Assembly (NCBI RefSeq): GCF_964204645.1
Contig: NC_134034.1
Location: 8,134,962 to 8,198,961 of the forward strand
Direction of reading: 5' to 3'
Origin: Tubulanus polymorphus
Taxonomy: Eukaryota > Animalia > Nemertea
Length of the DNA stretch: 64,000 nt
The first letter of the stretch is position 1. Each line of letters opens with the position of its first letter. A program made the position numbers and the translations under genes. The notes beneath the pieces are model-generated. The model worked only from the letters and a program-made list of their open reading frames with translations. It was not told where the DNA came from and ran no database searches. Below, one piece after another: positions 50,380 through 64,000 of this stretch.

Positions 50380-51379
50380 CCCTTTCAATACCACATAGTG
50401 TCTCCACTGCTGTACCGGAGGGAATTTAGGGGTTTATAGGGGTATATTTGAAACCTCATAGAATAGTTACCAAGGTATCTGACACAGAAAATTTATAATA
50501 TATAGCATGATGTTGATAACTTTTGGGCCAACAATTTAGACAAATAATTTGGATATAAGTGAACATGAGGTCAAGGTCACATACTCCAAGATGGCCGCCA
50601 TGAAATAAATTCACGAAAAAGTTTCAGATAAACTGCTCTGTCTCCCAGAAAAATGCACTGATCAATTCCAACTGAAATTGTATGCCATATATCCTAACTT
50701 TATGTAGTAAAAATTTCAAAGCAATAGAGCAACTAGAAAATTTATTTTTCCACTCATTTACCAACTTCTCCACCGATATGTCGGTAGGCCGGATGTAAGG
50801 GGTTTCATTGGGGTATAATTTTAGGCCTCAGAAAATTGTTACCTATGTATTTGACACTGATACATTGTATACCATGGTGTTGATAACCATTGGGCTTACA
50901 AATAAGACAAATTATTTGAATATATATGACCTTGAGGATGGATAGTTTCTGGTTCTTCGTTATTGTTATTGGTGTCCGTTGCCATGACAACTGTATCAAC
51001 AGGGTCTAAAAAAATTGTCACTGATTTCATTTTCATCATCAAAATCATTGCCGGCACTATAAACCTACTTTCTGACTAAGTCATATCATCTGAACTGCTG
51101 CTGTCATATTCGTTGTAACTCTCAATTTGTTCACTTCAAATTCCAAGTCACCAACATCACTGTCAGCATCATATACGAGCTGCTGAACCGTTTCTTCCAG
51201 CCAAATTGTTTTTTTCATGGCTGTTGCCTTCTAGGATTTTATGCAGATGGCAGAACCGGCTGATACTGATAGATATGCCCTTCTAGAAGAAGGGTTAAGT
51301 GATACCGTATCACATACGGAACGGGTGTGCTACCTTGTCAATTTGTACCGTATGCCATATGGTAGTGGTATTGTAAGGG
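50380..51379 (-). mobile_element. piggyBac-like non-autonomous element
   Basis: CCCTTTCAATACCAC / GTGGTATTGTAAGGG|TTAA (left flank TGAA). It interrupts an inverted relative of 10855-11710. Confidence 0.7.
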
Positions 51380-51915
51380 TTAAAGTGGTATGTTATTGTT
51401 AAAATTCAGACAAGGTATCTTTTTCCTATTCTAATGCCTAAGGTGCTTTGATAGGGGTGAATTTTTAAAAATTTTTGGGGGAGGACACCAAATTGTCAAA
51501 GATGGCTGATGGGCAACCATTTTGGCTAGTAATTGTGGAAAATCTAATGCTGATAACTCCTTTGAGGCTTATACAGCATTTGTAGGGAATATGACTGTGC
51601 ACTGCAGGCTAGTCTAGTTTCGAAATTTAAATGAACATTCTATAAAGTTTTTAGCCTTAATTCTAAACCAATTTTCTGAATTGCTGACAAATGGAAAGGC
51701 AATTTAAAACTAAGATCCGGATGTTTTGTCACAACTCAAATCTGGCTGTTCCTGGGAGTTTCAGCCTGTGTTCAAACATATATATTGCTGGTTCATCTTC
51801 AGGTACCATTCATGCAGTAGTGGCAGTAGGCTGGAGCTGCCTCCTGGGTATTAAAGAATTGTTGATAAAACAGCGCATTACAATATCATACCTGTTAAGT
51901 TTATCTCTTTTACAG

Positions 51916-52028
51916 TTCCACAGGCAGTGCATAGATGAATGGCTGATGCACAAAAAGGACAAATGTCCAATTGATGGACAGCTGGTATGGAGTACAGAAA
52001 TGGAAGAACAGCAAAGAGCAGCAAGAAG
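51916..52028 (+). CDS. ZSWIM2: ZSWIM2-like exon (second half of RING-H2)
   Basis: ttttacAG acceptor and GTATAG donor. FHRQCIDEWLMHKKDKCPIDG completes the RING begun in the previous exon. Confidence 0.9.
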
Positions 52029-53116
52029 GTATAGTAGTGTTGTTGGTACATACTCTTTGTGAGTCCGTCCAACCATCCTTCCATCCATCTGTCAAGTGGA
52101 TCTTAGTCTGCAAGATTTCTAGTAGTATTTTGATGAAACTTCACAAGGCAGTTGTTTAGATAAGTCGGTATGCACCTGCAACAGTAAACTCCGCTTGCCA
52201 TGGAGCCATTTGCCTCAAGGATAGCAGCGTCTAGTGTAGTTATTCTTAGATCGCAACCAAAATGGCTGGCTAGAAACCATCTGCAGGGCCTCTTAACTTA
52301 ATGAGATAAGAACTGGACAGAGTTTTTGGTATGGCTTTGTGGTTGTTGTAATGCACTTGTTATCACACAAGACTGAGCAAGAGGACAAGCAAGGGATTTC
52401 TCATTTGGGCTGCCACAGTCATTGATGGTTGGCAATGATTTCATCAATTCAAAGCATTAGAAATGTCACATACTTTGACGCGATGCGGCTGATTCTAGTA
52501 TTGTATCAATATGCCACCAAAATGAACCGAATTCCTTACATTCACTTACGCAGCTATCAATGTGAACTCTGACTCCCTGTCGACACTGTTTCGACGTCGT
52601 AACCATTACAAAACCTGAACCAATGGAATTTTTACAGGCGTTGAAAAGCTGGCCTTGAAATCCTTGAATTGCCAATTGGCATTTCAGTCTTGAAAATTGA
52701 TTTTGGGGCCTTGAATTATGAAAATGTTGCAAATCTCTAGATTTACGATTGTATTTTGCGATTGTATTTTGTAATGACAGAAATTTTTGGCAACAGCGTG
52801 ACTGTGTCCTAAGTATATTGATTGTATAGATTTCTTTTCTATCCTTGGGGACCTCGGGAGTCATTGCAGTGATTAAGTGATTATTGCAATTAGCTGATTA
52901 GCCTTGTGCTTGAATTGTAAATTCAATCAAATTTAATGCTGCATTAAATTATCATATGAATATTGAAATTATAAAATTGTCAAGTGGATATGGTGTCTCT
53001 TGACCCCTAGTTATTCAAGGTAGCCTCTTGTCATTGAGGATGATGCACTTTGATTTCACATAAGATCTAGGCCTATAAATAGCAAAACTTTGTGTATAGG
53101 TTCATGTAAATATGTG

Positions 53117-53677
53117 CAGAGCTGCCAACCGTCCCACGGAATTTCATTGTTTGTCCCGCTGTCCCAGGAAGCATTGAAATGTCACAGATTTTTAAACAAT
53201 AAGCTTCTGTTACGGAAAATTCATGGTTTTTATTAATTTCATTGTTTTCAATGGAAAGTTCGCTCCTTTTTGCTAGCAGAAGAGGAACAAGTAATCGATA
53301 TACGTCGCAAATGTATATAATAAGGCAAGTGTTCACTTTGGCGCTAGCAGTCAGTACTCTAGGCATGATATGGCAGGTGAACACTGTGGCGCTAGCAGAC
53401 GGTACTCAGGAATGATTTAATAACAAGTCAACACTGAGGAGCTAGCAGTCAGTAGTTATCTTTCCCATGCACTGAGTTAGATTTCCTGTCATTTTTCAAT
53501 TTCAAGCAACTTCTCATTCGTGATGCAGCTCTCTTTGCCTAAGCACAAGACGAGTGCTTGATTTTAAGTTAAAAAGCTGAAATGCTGAAATTTTTGAATG
53601 TCCCTGACAATTGATGGCTGTCCCAAAAAATTGGGATCTCTGTCCTTCAAAACAATTTTCAGGGGTTGGCAGCTCTA
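53117..53677. mobile_element. hAT-like MITE
   Basis: AGAGCTGCCAACC / GGTTGGCAGCTCT; flanks AATATGTG and TATATGTA match at 6 of 8 positions. Confidence 0.7.
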
Positions 53678-55039
53678 TATATGTACAACATGGGGTTAGG
53701 CATGATGAGTTCAAACTGCCAGGGAAAAAACTAACACTGGTATTTGCTGCTTTGCAGTTTGAAACATAGATTTGGAAAACCAGTATGTGTATCCTTGAAA
53801 TTGTGCATTACCACAGTAGATTTTAAGTCGAAATTAGGACCATTTTGATCAAAGTGACTGCATATTTCGAGTGGATATCAATGTACAGTCATATCTCGAT
53901 ATTCTCACCAACATCGGGGATTCGTGATTTTGGTGGTTTAGAGAGTATGGTGATGTATTGGGGTATTTATTTCAAGCGTTCCTGAACCATCATATCATCT
54001 TCCTCCAGGCAGCGATTCGTACCTGATGGCATCGCTAAACTCAGTTACGGCGTCTCGATGCCATCAGTTAATCCCATTTCTTTGCAAAGAAATCAGCGAT
54101 ATATATTGTTGAGACCTATCGTTATTGAGCAAAGCCACAAAGTTCACTTTTGTCTTCCATGGATAGAGACACACGTGTCGGTGCCATTTTTATGGACTTT
54201 CGCTTTGGTCCATTTTGCTATTGCATATGAAACTTTTTTCCTTTGGTACAAAATAACTTCTGAATGCAGCATAGTTTCTCTTCGCAACTTTCAAAACATT
54301 CAAAGCAGTAATAAAATCTCTAACCCTATTGAATTTCATCGATATGCATTGCTTATTCATTAATTTAGTTATTTATTTGTTCATGGAACTACATTTCGTT
54401 TTGGAAGAATACATGCGCTGTCACGTATATTCATGCTTCACACACGTGCGTGACAAATATAGGCCGTACTCTCTGCTATGTGGTGTATTCATCTGTGCAT
54501 GTATATGAAAAGCGCGCCTCGTGTGTGTGTGTGTGTGCGTGCGTGTGTGTGGCCTAGTTAAAGTTTTCTTGGAAACTGCCAATGATTCCACTGCCAGGGT
54601 TTGTCGCTGGCTGTGAAAGCAGTGAATAGTTGTCAATTCTTTTTAAAAATTATTCACAGCTGTGAAAAGCAGTGAATTTTATAGAAGGACAGTGAATTTG
54701 GGAAAGGGCGCAGTGAATCTTGGAAATTTTTCAGTTTACAAAAAATAGATTGTCTAACAAACTTCACACAGTGTAGACTACGTAATAAATGAAATCGTTC
54801 AGCATTCAGGTTCACACCATGCACGTGGAGAGTGTCTATTTGAGTCTTTGGGGAAAACCCACTTGCAGTTGTGCATGAATACTAAGGGCATTTCTTAAAA
54901 ATTCGCTTCAGTTGGCAGTGAATTTGGCATAACATGAGCTGTGGATGGCATTGAATTTGGGTCAGCAGTGGCACACTGAACCCTGTGTGGCGATCTAAAC
55001 ACTGTTCAACGATACACAGCTGTTAGATTTTAAAGTTAA

Positions 55040-56995
55040 TGCACATTTGCCGAGGTATCATTAGCATCTGTATAGTTTGTAGTTAGGTTTTAGTTCATAG
55101 TCTTTCCAATAATCATCCAGCCGAGCCTTGAACGAATTCACAGATGGTGCTTCCACAACTTCTGTCGGCAGACTGTTCCAGTAATTGATAATTCTATTTG
55201 TAAAATATTTCAGTCTAATGTTCATGCGACATCGTCTTTTTTCCAACTTGTAAGGATGACCTCTGGTGAAACGGCGTCTAGCATCTAACATGATAACAGT
55301 CGCAGATCTAGGGAGGGGGGCCCTCCTTTAAGTGAAGATCGTTTTTTTTATGCTTTAGTTTATCAGCAGCAGAAAAGGGGAAAGTATTTGTCATGAATTC
55401 TTGCCTCAGAATGCAGGAAATGGCCCCAAAACAGAGTTAAATTTCAAAAATTTCGTCGCTTCTAGTTTTCAGGAATTTTTTCCATGCTTTGGTTTTTGCT
55501 TTTACTGAGTTAAGGGTACACTTTGTCATCCAAAGCGTTCTTGGTTTTTTATCTCTGTTAATTTTGATAGTTGGGATACATATCTCTATAGCAGCATTTA
55601 ATTTTTTCTTAAAGATCAGCCAATATTCTTTTTACCATTACCGTATTTTCCGGTGTACAAGTCGACCCAGTGTATAAGTCGAGGTCAAATTTTCAGTTTA
55701 AAAAGTTGTGCTAGGGCTATAGTCGGTGTATAAGTTGAGTCGCTTCTTCATATGTTTACATATGTCACATTGAAAACAGTGCCGATGTCATTCTCATATT
55801 AGTTGAGTCTTTACCACTGTTTGCATTATTAAATCATTGGGATCTGTTGTTTCTAATATTAAATTACCGGATTAGTGCTCATTGTTCGTATCCACGCGTT
55901 GAATGTATAATGTATACATTGAATGCCACGCCCCTGTAGTCTAGTAGGCCTATTAGACTGCTGTGTATTGATTATTGGCACGCTGCCACAGCATCCCGGC
56001 TTATATAAACACTGTACAATGAATATACGCGGTTTTCTTTCTTTTTTGATTTTTAACATTAGTTAATTTTGAAACATTTCCAAACTATAAGAAACTATTT
56101 TTATCAACATCCTAAATTCAAATTGGTATATGAGTGTAGCCTAACATAAATTAATATTCCATTTCATCATGGCGATCTTGAATTCTAAACATCGTCAGTT
56201 TAAAACGATTTCGAAAGTGTAGCCGGTGTATAAGTCGACCTACGTTTTTTGGACATGATTTTTGGTCTCAAAAACTCGACTTATACACTGGAAAATACGG
56301 TAAATAACTCATCCCAATCAACAGACATTAATTCGCACAGTTTCTTGTAATCACCTTTCGAATACTGAACTCTCCTGTAGAGTGATCTGTCATATATAGT
56401 TTCAGTTTCATATTCGAATGAAATTAAATTGTGGTCACTTCTTCCTAGACCTGCATTGTGACAGATGTTTTTGACTTTCTCTTCTGTGTTAGTAAATATA
56501 AAATCCAAATTACTGGGTCTGTTATCGGCTCTAAAACGCGATAGTTGAAGTTGATGTTGAATCAAGAATGCATCAAGGCTACTCTCTAGAAATTGTGATG
56601 CTGGATGAGTGTTTGGCTTAGCACACGTGAGATTTGTCCAGTCAATCTCGCCGTAGTTCAAGAAAAGAACTTCACCATTCCATCGCAATATATCATCTAA
56701 CAAGTTCATTAGATTGTCATCGATATATTTGCTGGAGTTAGGGCTTTGATAAATACAACCGATGATCTTTTATCACCGACATTAATTCTCGCCCAGACGT
56801 TTTCTGTAAATTCATTGGTCTGTTCAGTTGAATATTTCACTGGACTTAAGTTAGTTTTAATGTATAAACATATCCCACGTCCTTCTTCGTTAGAGGAAAA
56901 ATTAATAAAACAATCATGGCCATCTAGTTTCAATATGTTATCATCAGCTCTATATCTCCGTTGATTTTTTGGTTTAACTTCAAATACTACTGATT
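55040..56995 (-). mobile_element. CR1 LINE remnant (EN and C-terminus, RT deleted)
   Basis: TRGHPYKL...WNSLP..VVEAPSVNSFK.RLD; EN pieces GRGICLYI, LDFIFTN and LGRSDH. Confidence 0.8.
55641..56300. mobile_element. Tc1/mariner (pogo-like) MITE, related family
   Basis: TA|CCGTATTTTCCGGTGTACAAGTCGA ... TCGACTTATACACTGGAAAATACGG|TA. Confidence 0.82.
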
Positions 56996-57589
56996 ATGAT
57001 TTAAGGCTTTTTCTATAATAACTGATTTTTTTCTTGATATTGAATTTCCATCTGTTTCTAAATTATGATAAGTTTTTGGGACACAGACTTTGATTGGTTG
57101 ATTCGTGTCCCGATTGTAAGTAATTCTCCCTCGTTTCGAAAATAGGGCCTACTTGTTTTTATTTTGGCAAGGTCACTTTCAACTTAATTCAAGATGTTGG
57201 TTTCAATTTCTTCCTTCATAATTTTCGCCGTATCTTGGATTGTTTCACCAGTTCCAATATAGTTTTCTACTCGAGTATTTAGTTTTGCAAGTTCTGCTAC
57301 CAGTATCTAGAGTATATTTACTGATGTTTAATTTTGATACTGGATTAAACATATACACCATCATGTAAATTTAGGAAAGTCCATACTAAGAATTTAATTT
57401 CTTGTTCTTGTAATGATTATGCACTATTAGTTCAGATAGCGTATCGGCATCAGGACATTAAGCCATAGCACCATCTATCGCTACTCTACTTGTTAATGTA
57501 TTGTTGTACCTATCTCGCTCGCAGATTGTACCATAGAACTGAGTTACGGTTCAATACATGTATGTAAAACAAATATCTGTAAATTACAG

Positions 57590-57811
57590 ACAATCCGTGG
57601 CTGAATGCAGGCAATCCAATGTCAGAGGTCACACATCACCTTCAACATCCATGTTAAATCTTGAAATACCAGGAATAAGTATAGCAAAGCAACAATTGAA
57701 TAAGTCATCTGCATCATTTCCTGCAAGCAACAATCCAAATCATTTTATGCAAAAAAAAGACATCAAGGACCTCGAGCTGGTTTTACATGGTACTCAGTAC
57801 AGCACCGACAG
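57590..57811 (+). CDS. ZSWIM2: Probable ZSWIM2-like exon (low-complexity C-terminal region)
   Basis: ttacAG acceptor and GTATGT donor; phase 2 matches the previous exon. Open frame QSVAECRQ...LEIPGISI...TQYSTD, but no conserved domain. Confidence 0.7.
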
Positions 57812-59425
57812 GTATGTGTATAAAATTTATAGAATCAAAGCAAAGCAGCGATAATGGGTTTCTGCCTTGTTGAATAAGTTAATGTTGTACTTGGAAGCAT
57901 ACAAAGATTCGTCAAAATCAGTTTATGATACAGACCTGACTACCCGTACAGAATTTGACTGGAATTGTCCTGAAATTTGACTGTCAGTACAGTAGTACAT
58001 TTAGGTTTTAAGGAATACGGTTTTTGTCGGCGTTCGTCTGCATTTTGCTTGAGGCACTATTCAGCCGTTGGTTGGTAGGCAGATAGTCATTTGACACTGG
58101 AAAATCGACTGTTAGGCCTATTAGTATTCATGGATTTCGAAAAAGCATTTGATAAGGTACAACATCAGCGATTACTAAACAAGCTATTCGGAAACGGTAT
58201 CAATGATGGGTCGTTTAAATGGCTCAGCAGATTTCTCTGAACGAAAACAGGTGGCCGAAATCAAATGAACTCATCTTGGAATAAATCGGTCTGACTAGTG
58301 GAGTCACACAAGGTATTATCCCAAGTGGTCTTCTCTTCACTATCCTGATAGATGATATACAGAGTAATCAAAAATGTACCGGACAGAGTATATTTTCAAA
58401 ACGATCTAAACAAGCAGTCTTGGGCTTCTACCTGAAAGGCATGGTATGGATATTGGATACGAAGAAAACCCAGGTTATACCTTTGTGTTCGAATGAGAAG
58501 ATTATTTTGTTGGAATAGACTATCTAGTTCCACTAAAATTTTGCTCGAAAAACGCTTCGAACAATATATCTGTTCGATCAAAAATTGTAATTAAATTTAA
58601 TTTAATTAAAAAATCGTAATCGAAAACATTGCTCGAATAAAAACAATTCTGTTTGATCGAACAAAACGCTTTTTGTTCGAACGAAAACTTTTCTTCGTTC
58701 TGACCAAAAAAATTTGTTTGAATAAAAAGCTATGTTATTGTTGAAATGAAAACTTTTTGTCCCGACCAAAAAATAAAGTTGTTGAACAAAAAAAATTTCG
58801 TTCAAACGAAAGTTTCAATGAAAACAATTTTGTTCGATTGGACGAAATACTTAATACTTTGTGTTTGGACGAAAAACTTTTTACAATATACTTCTTCCAA
58901 CGAAAAACTTAATGTTAAGAAAATTTTGTCCGAATGGGAACGTTTCGGTCCGATCGAACAATTGTCCGCCCGAAAAACCTTTCGTTTGGACAAAAAAAGT
59001 TGTTCAGACAACGAAAAAAACTTTGGTCTAACGATTCGTTCAAATTGGTTCAATCGAACAAAATATTATTGGTTCGATCGAAAAATGTTTATTCTTACGA
59101 AAAAAAATTTCGAGCAAAAGGTCTTTTGAACGAAAAGAAAGACCTTTCTAAGGTTCCACAGTAACTTTGGTGTTTCAGTTTTATTAATGATGAAAAAACT
59201 CAAATGAAAAGTCTGGTTTATAAAGCTGTCTGCGCGGACGAAATTTTCCAAAAAACCTTAATTTTTGCCAATAAGATATCGTTGATAATTGTGATTGATC
59301 ATTGCAAGTCAGAACCAGTTAATCACTTATACATGCATTTTAATAAATCTGATTCCTCCTTTACAGTGAACCTAGCTTTAACCTAGTAGAGGCTACTAGT
59401 ATAGCCTATGTAGACCTGTGTATAC

Positions 59426-60134
59426 GGCCGCGTTCACACGAAAAATAGTTAGACCGGTCTAAATGGGTCCGTACCAGGTCCGGTCCAAATTTTGGTGAGC
59501 GTTCACACGGCGTTTTGACACGGGGTGATAAAATCGCTTGTCACCGGGACCACAAGATGTCGCCATCTGCTAAATAATTAATTGCGCCTGGATGGAGTCT
59601 TGCTTCCATATTCCAAGTAGGACAAGACATTCTTCATTTTACCAATTCGATCCTCTGTCAGGTTTAGACATTTTTGCGAATTCGATTTTATTCTATCATG
59701 CTGAAACTCATGTGTCGTTTAAACACGGTTTAAAGCACGGCAGTAAAACAGATGATGATCGCGATATACGAATACGAATTACACTCCAAACATTTCCATT
59801 GAATAGGGAGGAAAAAGAGTACTTAAAGATAATTACATAAACGGTAATAAAAACATTTAAAACTTAATAAACTGGACTCACACTCTACTGCAGGGATTCA
59901 GAATTACGATTTAGACCGGACCTGGTACCAGTTTCTGTCCACACACGCATATTTAGACCGGTCCAAAATTTGGTCCGGACCTGGTTCGCTCTTTTAGATC
60001 GTGCCAAATTAGACCGGTCTAAAGTAGACCGGTCTAATTTAGAACAGTATTTTTGCCCGTGTGAACGCTTGGTCCGGTCAAAATTGGACCGGACCAAATT
60101 TAGACCAGTCTAAATTTCATCGGGTGAACGCGCC
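59426..60134. mobile_element. PIF/Harbinger-like MITE
   Basis: GGCCGCGTTCACACG / CGGGTGAACGCGCC|TTA, with repeated subterminal TTAGACCGGTCTAA palindromes. Confidence 0.7.
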
Positions 60135-62620
60135 TTATGCGTTGGCCTAACAACCAGCAACCAGCAGAAGAAAGAAATCATTTGTAGGCCTACTTCGTGA
60201 ATTTTTTATTGCAAATTTTGTTTGAAGTTCAATCCACGAGTCTGTAAATTATCACAACAATTATACTATGCTTGCTTGAAACAGTAAAGCTAAGTAGGCC
60301 TAGAGGTCGCGTACAACTCAATAAACACTTCAAGCGACCTACTGTCTGTCACACCTGCTTTCCGTGCGACATTTTTGTCAGTAATTTCGTTTATAATCGG
60401 TTTATATCTAGATATTATGCATCAATTTGTTCAGCAAGGAATTTTCCATTCAGAAATAAATCATGAAGTGGCATAGATTTGTTTGTATGTTCATCTATCA
60501 GCGATAGTTTGCCTAGCAAATGCTCGCGTAATGCTGAAAAACGGCTTTTATGGCCAATCACGTGGCGCCACCTACTATATTTTGATATGCTTATGAGCAG
60601 GTGATGACGTCACTGTAAGGTTTCCGAGCGTACGCGGAGCGGTTTTTCCAGCACTATGTGAGCGTAGTAATAAATCCATTTATTGATTCCTCATCACCAC
60701 AACAGCTTTCCTTCGCTGCATCAGTTCGGCATGTTTAGTTAAGGCATATACGACGCGGTACTCTAATGATTTATCGTAGTAAACATCCAAAAAAGAAACT
60801 AACTGTACAAAGCCCGCGGCCAAATCACTGGGAGTAATAAATTTATTTGTACTTGCTTTGATTCTCATGGCGAGGAGAACCCGCAGCAGATCCGCGGAAC
60901 GACGATGTAAAGACACAAGTTGTTTCATCGATCTTTACAGCTTGACAGTGCTTATAATATTTAGAGTAGTAAATTACATCCCGTCGGTCGGTTAAGTGTA
61001 CTGATGAAGAAAATGGCTAATTGTTAAAATTTACCATTTGAAGACCGCGGCTGAATGTGACGTCTTGCAGCAATAAATTTGTGTATTTAGACTTGAATTG
61101 ATAATCGAAGTGATTTATCTTAGTAAATACACGGTTAAAACGGTTAAAACGGTTAACACGGTTAATTTGGTAAAGAAAAATAGGTATTGTTAAACTAACT
61201 GCTTGAAACCCACAGCCATATCACTGGTAGTAATAAATTAATTTGGACTCGATTTGATTCTCATGATGAGGAGAAACTCGCAGCTGATCCCCGGAACGAC
61301 GATGTAGTGACACACGTCCATTCGTCAATGTTTACGGCTCGACAATGCTTTTAAAATCTAAAGTAGTAAATGTCCTGTGCATCGGGAATATGATTTGATG
61401 AGGAAAATGGGCTATTGGTAAAATTACTGCTTTAACGGCTGAATGTTAAGTCTGCTGCAATAAATTACTTCATTTATACTTGAATTAATAATCGAAGTGA
61501 CACTCGGCCTGCGGGTTGATTTTGGGATGGCGACTCGAAAAACATGTCGCCCCATTGAATGGGGCTAAATTTTCGATGAAGTTCCGACAGTGCTTTTGTA
61601 ACAATGATACGTGAAAAAACACGCGATGTATTTGTAGATCTCAGTGAGCTGAACAATATCATACGGCCTGTATCGACAACAGCAGCAAGGTAAAAAAGCC
61701 TTTGTTCTTTTAGTGAAAATAGTGTGACATAAAATAATAATAAAAAATATAGCTGCAAAGCAGCGATAACGGGTTTTCTGCACAGTCTTAGAATCCTGTT
61801 CAACGGTGGATTTCGACAAAGCATTTGATAAGGCACAACATCAGCCATTACTAAACAGGCTATTAGGAAACAGTATCAATGATAGGTCACCCAAATGGCT
61901 CAGCAGTTATCTCTGGACGAAAACTTTTAGCCAACGGATCAACGGAACGCCTCATCTTGGAATAAGTCGGTCTAACTAGTGGAGTCACGCATGGTAGTAT
62001 CCTAAGTCATCTTCTGTTTAATGTCCTGACAAATGACATACACAGTAATCCAAAATATACCAGACTGAGTAAATTTCCGAAACGAACTTAACACACTGTT
62101 CGACCAAAAAACTTAATGTTCCGACAAGAAAATCTTGTTCGAGTGAAAACAATTCAGTTTCAATACGCTTTTTGTTTGAACCAAAACTTTCTTCAATCTG
62201 ACAAAAAAATGTGTTCGAATAAAAAGCTATGTTATTGTTGAAATGAAAAACTTTTTGCCCCGGCAAAAAAATTTGGTTGAGCGAAAACAATTTTTTCGAA
62301 CGAATGTTTGAATGAAAACAATTCTGTTCGAAGGAAATACTTAATACTTTTGGTTCGGAGAAAAAACTTTTTACAGTATACTTGTTCGAACGAAAAACTT
62401 CATGTTCTGACAAGAAAATTCTGTTCAAATTAAAACGATTCTGTTCGAACGAAAAACCTTTCGTTTGGACAAAAAAAAGTTTGTTCAACTTTGTTCTAAC
62501 GATTTATTTTAAATTGGTTCAATCGAAAAGAATATTATTGGTTGGAACGAAATAAATTTTATTCCGATGAAAGAATTTTCAAGTGAAAGGTCTTTTGAAC
62601 AAAAAAAAAAGATATTTGTG

Positions 62621-62931
62621 GGGCTCCGTAGGTCGGCCTTCTGACGCGATGCGATCCTCGCGTTGCATCGCAAGTTTCGGTGCAAGTCGGTTGCGATATG
62701 ATTGTCAGCGACTGTGTGCGACTAGTTTCTGCCAGTCGCAAGAGCGCGTAGGTCGGTTGTGACAGTCGTGTCGCGTCGCAGAAAGTAGAACACGTGCGAC
62801 TCCTTGTGACTGGCTTTGCTGACAGTCGTAACCCGTCGCAAGGGAGCGTAGGTCGATGAGTCGTTGCGACACAATCGTCGCTGGCGGTCGCAGTGAATGG
62901 CGTCGCAGTGAGTCGCTGACCTACGCCCGGC
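62621..62931. mobile_element. GC-rich MITE (Harbinger-like) inserted in the compound repeat
   Basis: CGTAGGTC / GACCTACG ends and many GTCGCA/TGCGAC motifs; absent from the paralogous block near 59150. Confidence 0.55.
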
Positions 62932-64000
62932 TTAAGTCATTAGGAATTAATGAAATACCAGTTTCATTTATGATGAAAAAACTCAAATGAAAAGTCTGGC
63001 TTATAAAGCTGTCTGCTCAGACGAAATTCAATAACAACCCTCCTAAATATCGTAAATTTTGTTTTGAAGTTCAATCCAATGAGTCCGTTAATAAGCTAAA
63101 CAATTATCCTGTGTTTGAGACAGTAAAGCTCAGTACCGGTAGGCCTAAAGCCGCGCAAAACTCGATAAACACTTCAAGCGACACAGCGAACGATCTCCTT
63201 TCCCCCACAGCGAATGCTTACACCTAATGTCAAGTGTGAGTCCAACGTACGGATAGGAGTGTGTTATATACTTGTATTTAGTAAATACCTTGTGCATTTG
63301 ACAATGATCGGTATGTACTGTAGGAAATATAGAGTATTGATGGTATTGATATAGAGGTTGAAGCCTGCGGCCGAATAAAGTAACATATTATTTTATTTTG
63401 ATACCTCGTCGACATAACAGCTTTTCTCCGCTATCTCTTCGGCGTGTTTAGTTTAGGCCTACGACTCCCCCGTACACTTATGATTTATCTTCGTAAATAC
63501 ACGGTTAATTTGATAAAGAAAAATAAGTATTGCTAAACTCAACTGCTTGACGCCCGCAGCCAAAACTTTGGTCGTAAAAAATTAATTTGTACTCGATTTG
63601 ATTCTCATGATGAGGAGAAACTCGCAGCTGATCCCCGGAACGACGATGTAGTGACAAAAATAATAATAATAATAATAATAATCACGCGAATCTCAATATG
63701 GTTTTCTGTGATGTAACAGAGAACCCTAAATATAGCTGCAAGCAGCGACAACGGGTTTCTGCCTTTCTGGATAGAATGTCGTTCAGGGATGCGAGCAAAG
63801 ATTTCACCCGAAATCAGTTTGTTACATTCCGTTTTTTGAAAGAGTGCCACCTAGGGGTCAACTCACAACATGGATATGTTGACCCACAAGTGCTACTACG
63901 CGCATGTGCTACTACGCGCAAAGTACTAATGTGCCAGGTTTTCGGGGAAATAACATCGAGAAGAACGAAGCTACAGTGTTTTTACCATTCCCTAGTGACA

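Larger units (their letters stand above)
58110..63760. repeat. Compound repeat with duplicated CR1 RT fragment and TTCGAA-rich arrays
   Basis: 58130-58380~61808-62065 (DFxKAFDK..HQ.LL), 58600-59250~62090-63030, 60210-60340~63050-63180, and 60700-61100~61190-61500~63400-63655. Confidence 0.65.

Noticed and set aside
54595-55004. hAT-like MITE with CAGGG/CACTG ends
   Set aside because: Weak TIR and no matching TSD.
58396-59386. Cluster of short ORFs on both strands
   Set aside because: K/F/N-rich translations of low-complexity repeat DNA with no domains or splice support.

Overview
Animal (probably invertebrate) genomic DNA, not prokaryotic. The window lies inside one + strand host gene, a ZSWIM2/MEX-like E3 ubiquitin ligase (RING-ZZ-RING). 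I reconstructed seven phase-compatible GT-AG exons between 7600 and 57811; the SWIM-domain 5' exons and the 3' end were not found. Most of the rest is intronic transposable-element DNA. It includes a near-complete DIRS1-type tyrosine-recombinase retrotransposon (40217-46268) with inverted terminal repeats (ITRs) and an internal complementary region (ICR). A second copy of that family sits in the ICR of a different DIRS family. A four-deep nest (DIRS > L2 LINE > Kolobok > Penelope) has TSDs at its two inner junctions. There are also two minimal hammerhead ribozymes, two RTE-X-like LINEs, CR1 and Tx1/L1 fragments, two Helentron-type (HINE) families (one with a ~154-bp satellite) and many MITEs, two with CAG termini and 5-bp TSDs. 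All calls come from reading the sequence by eye; no database search was run.
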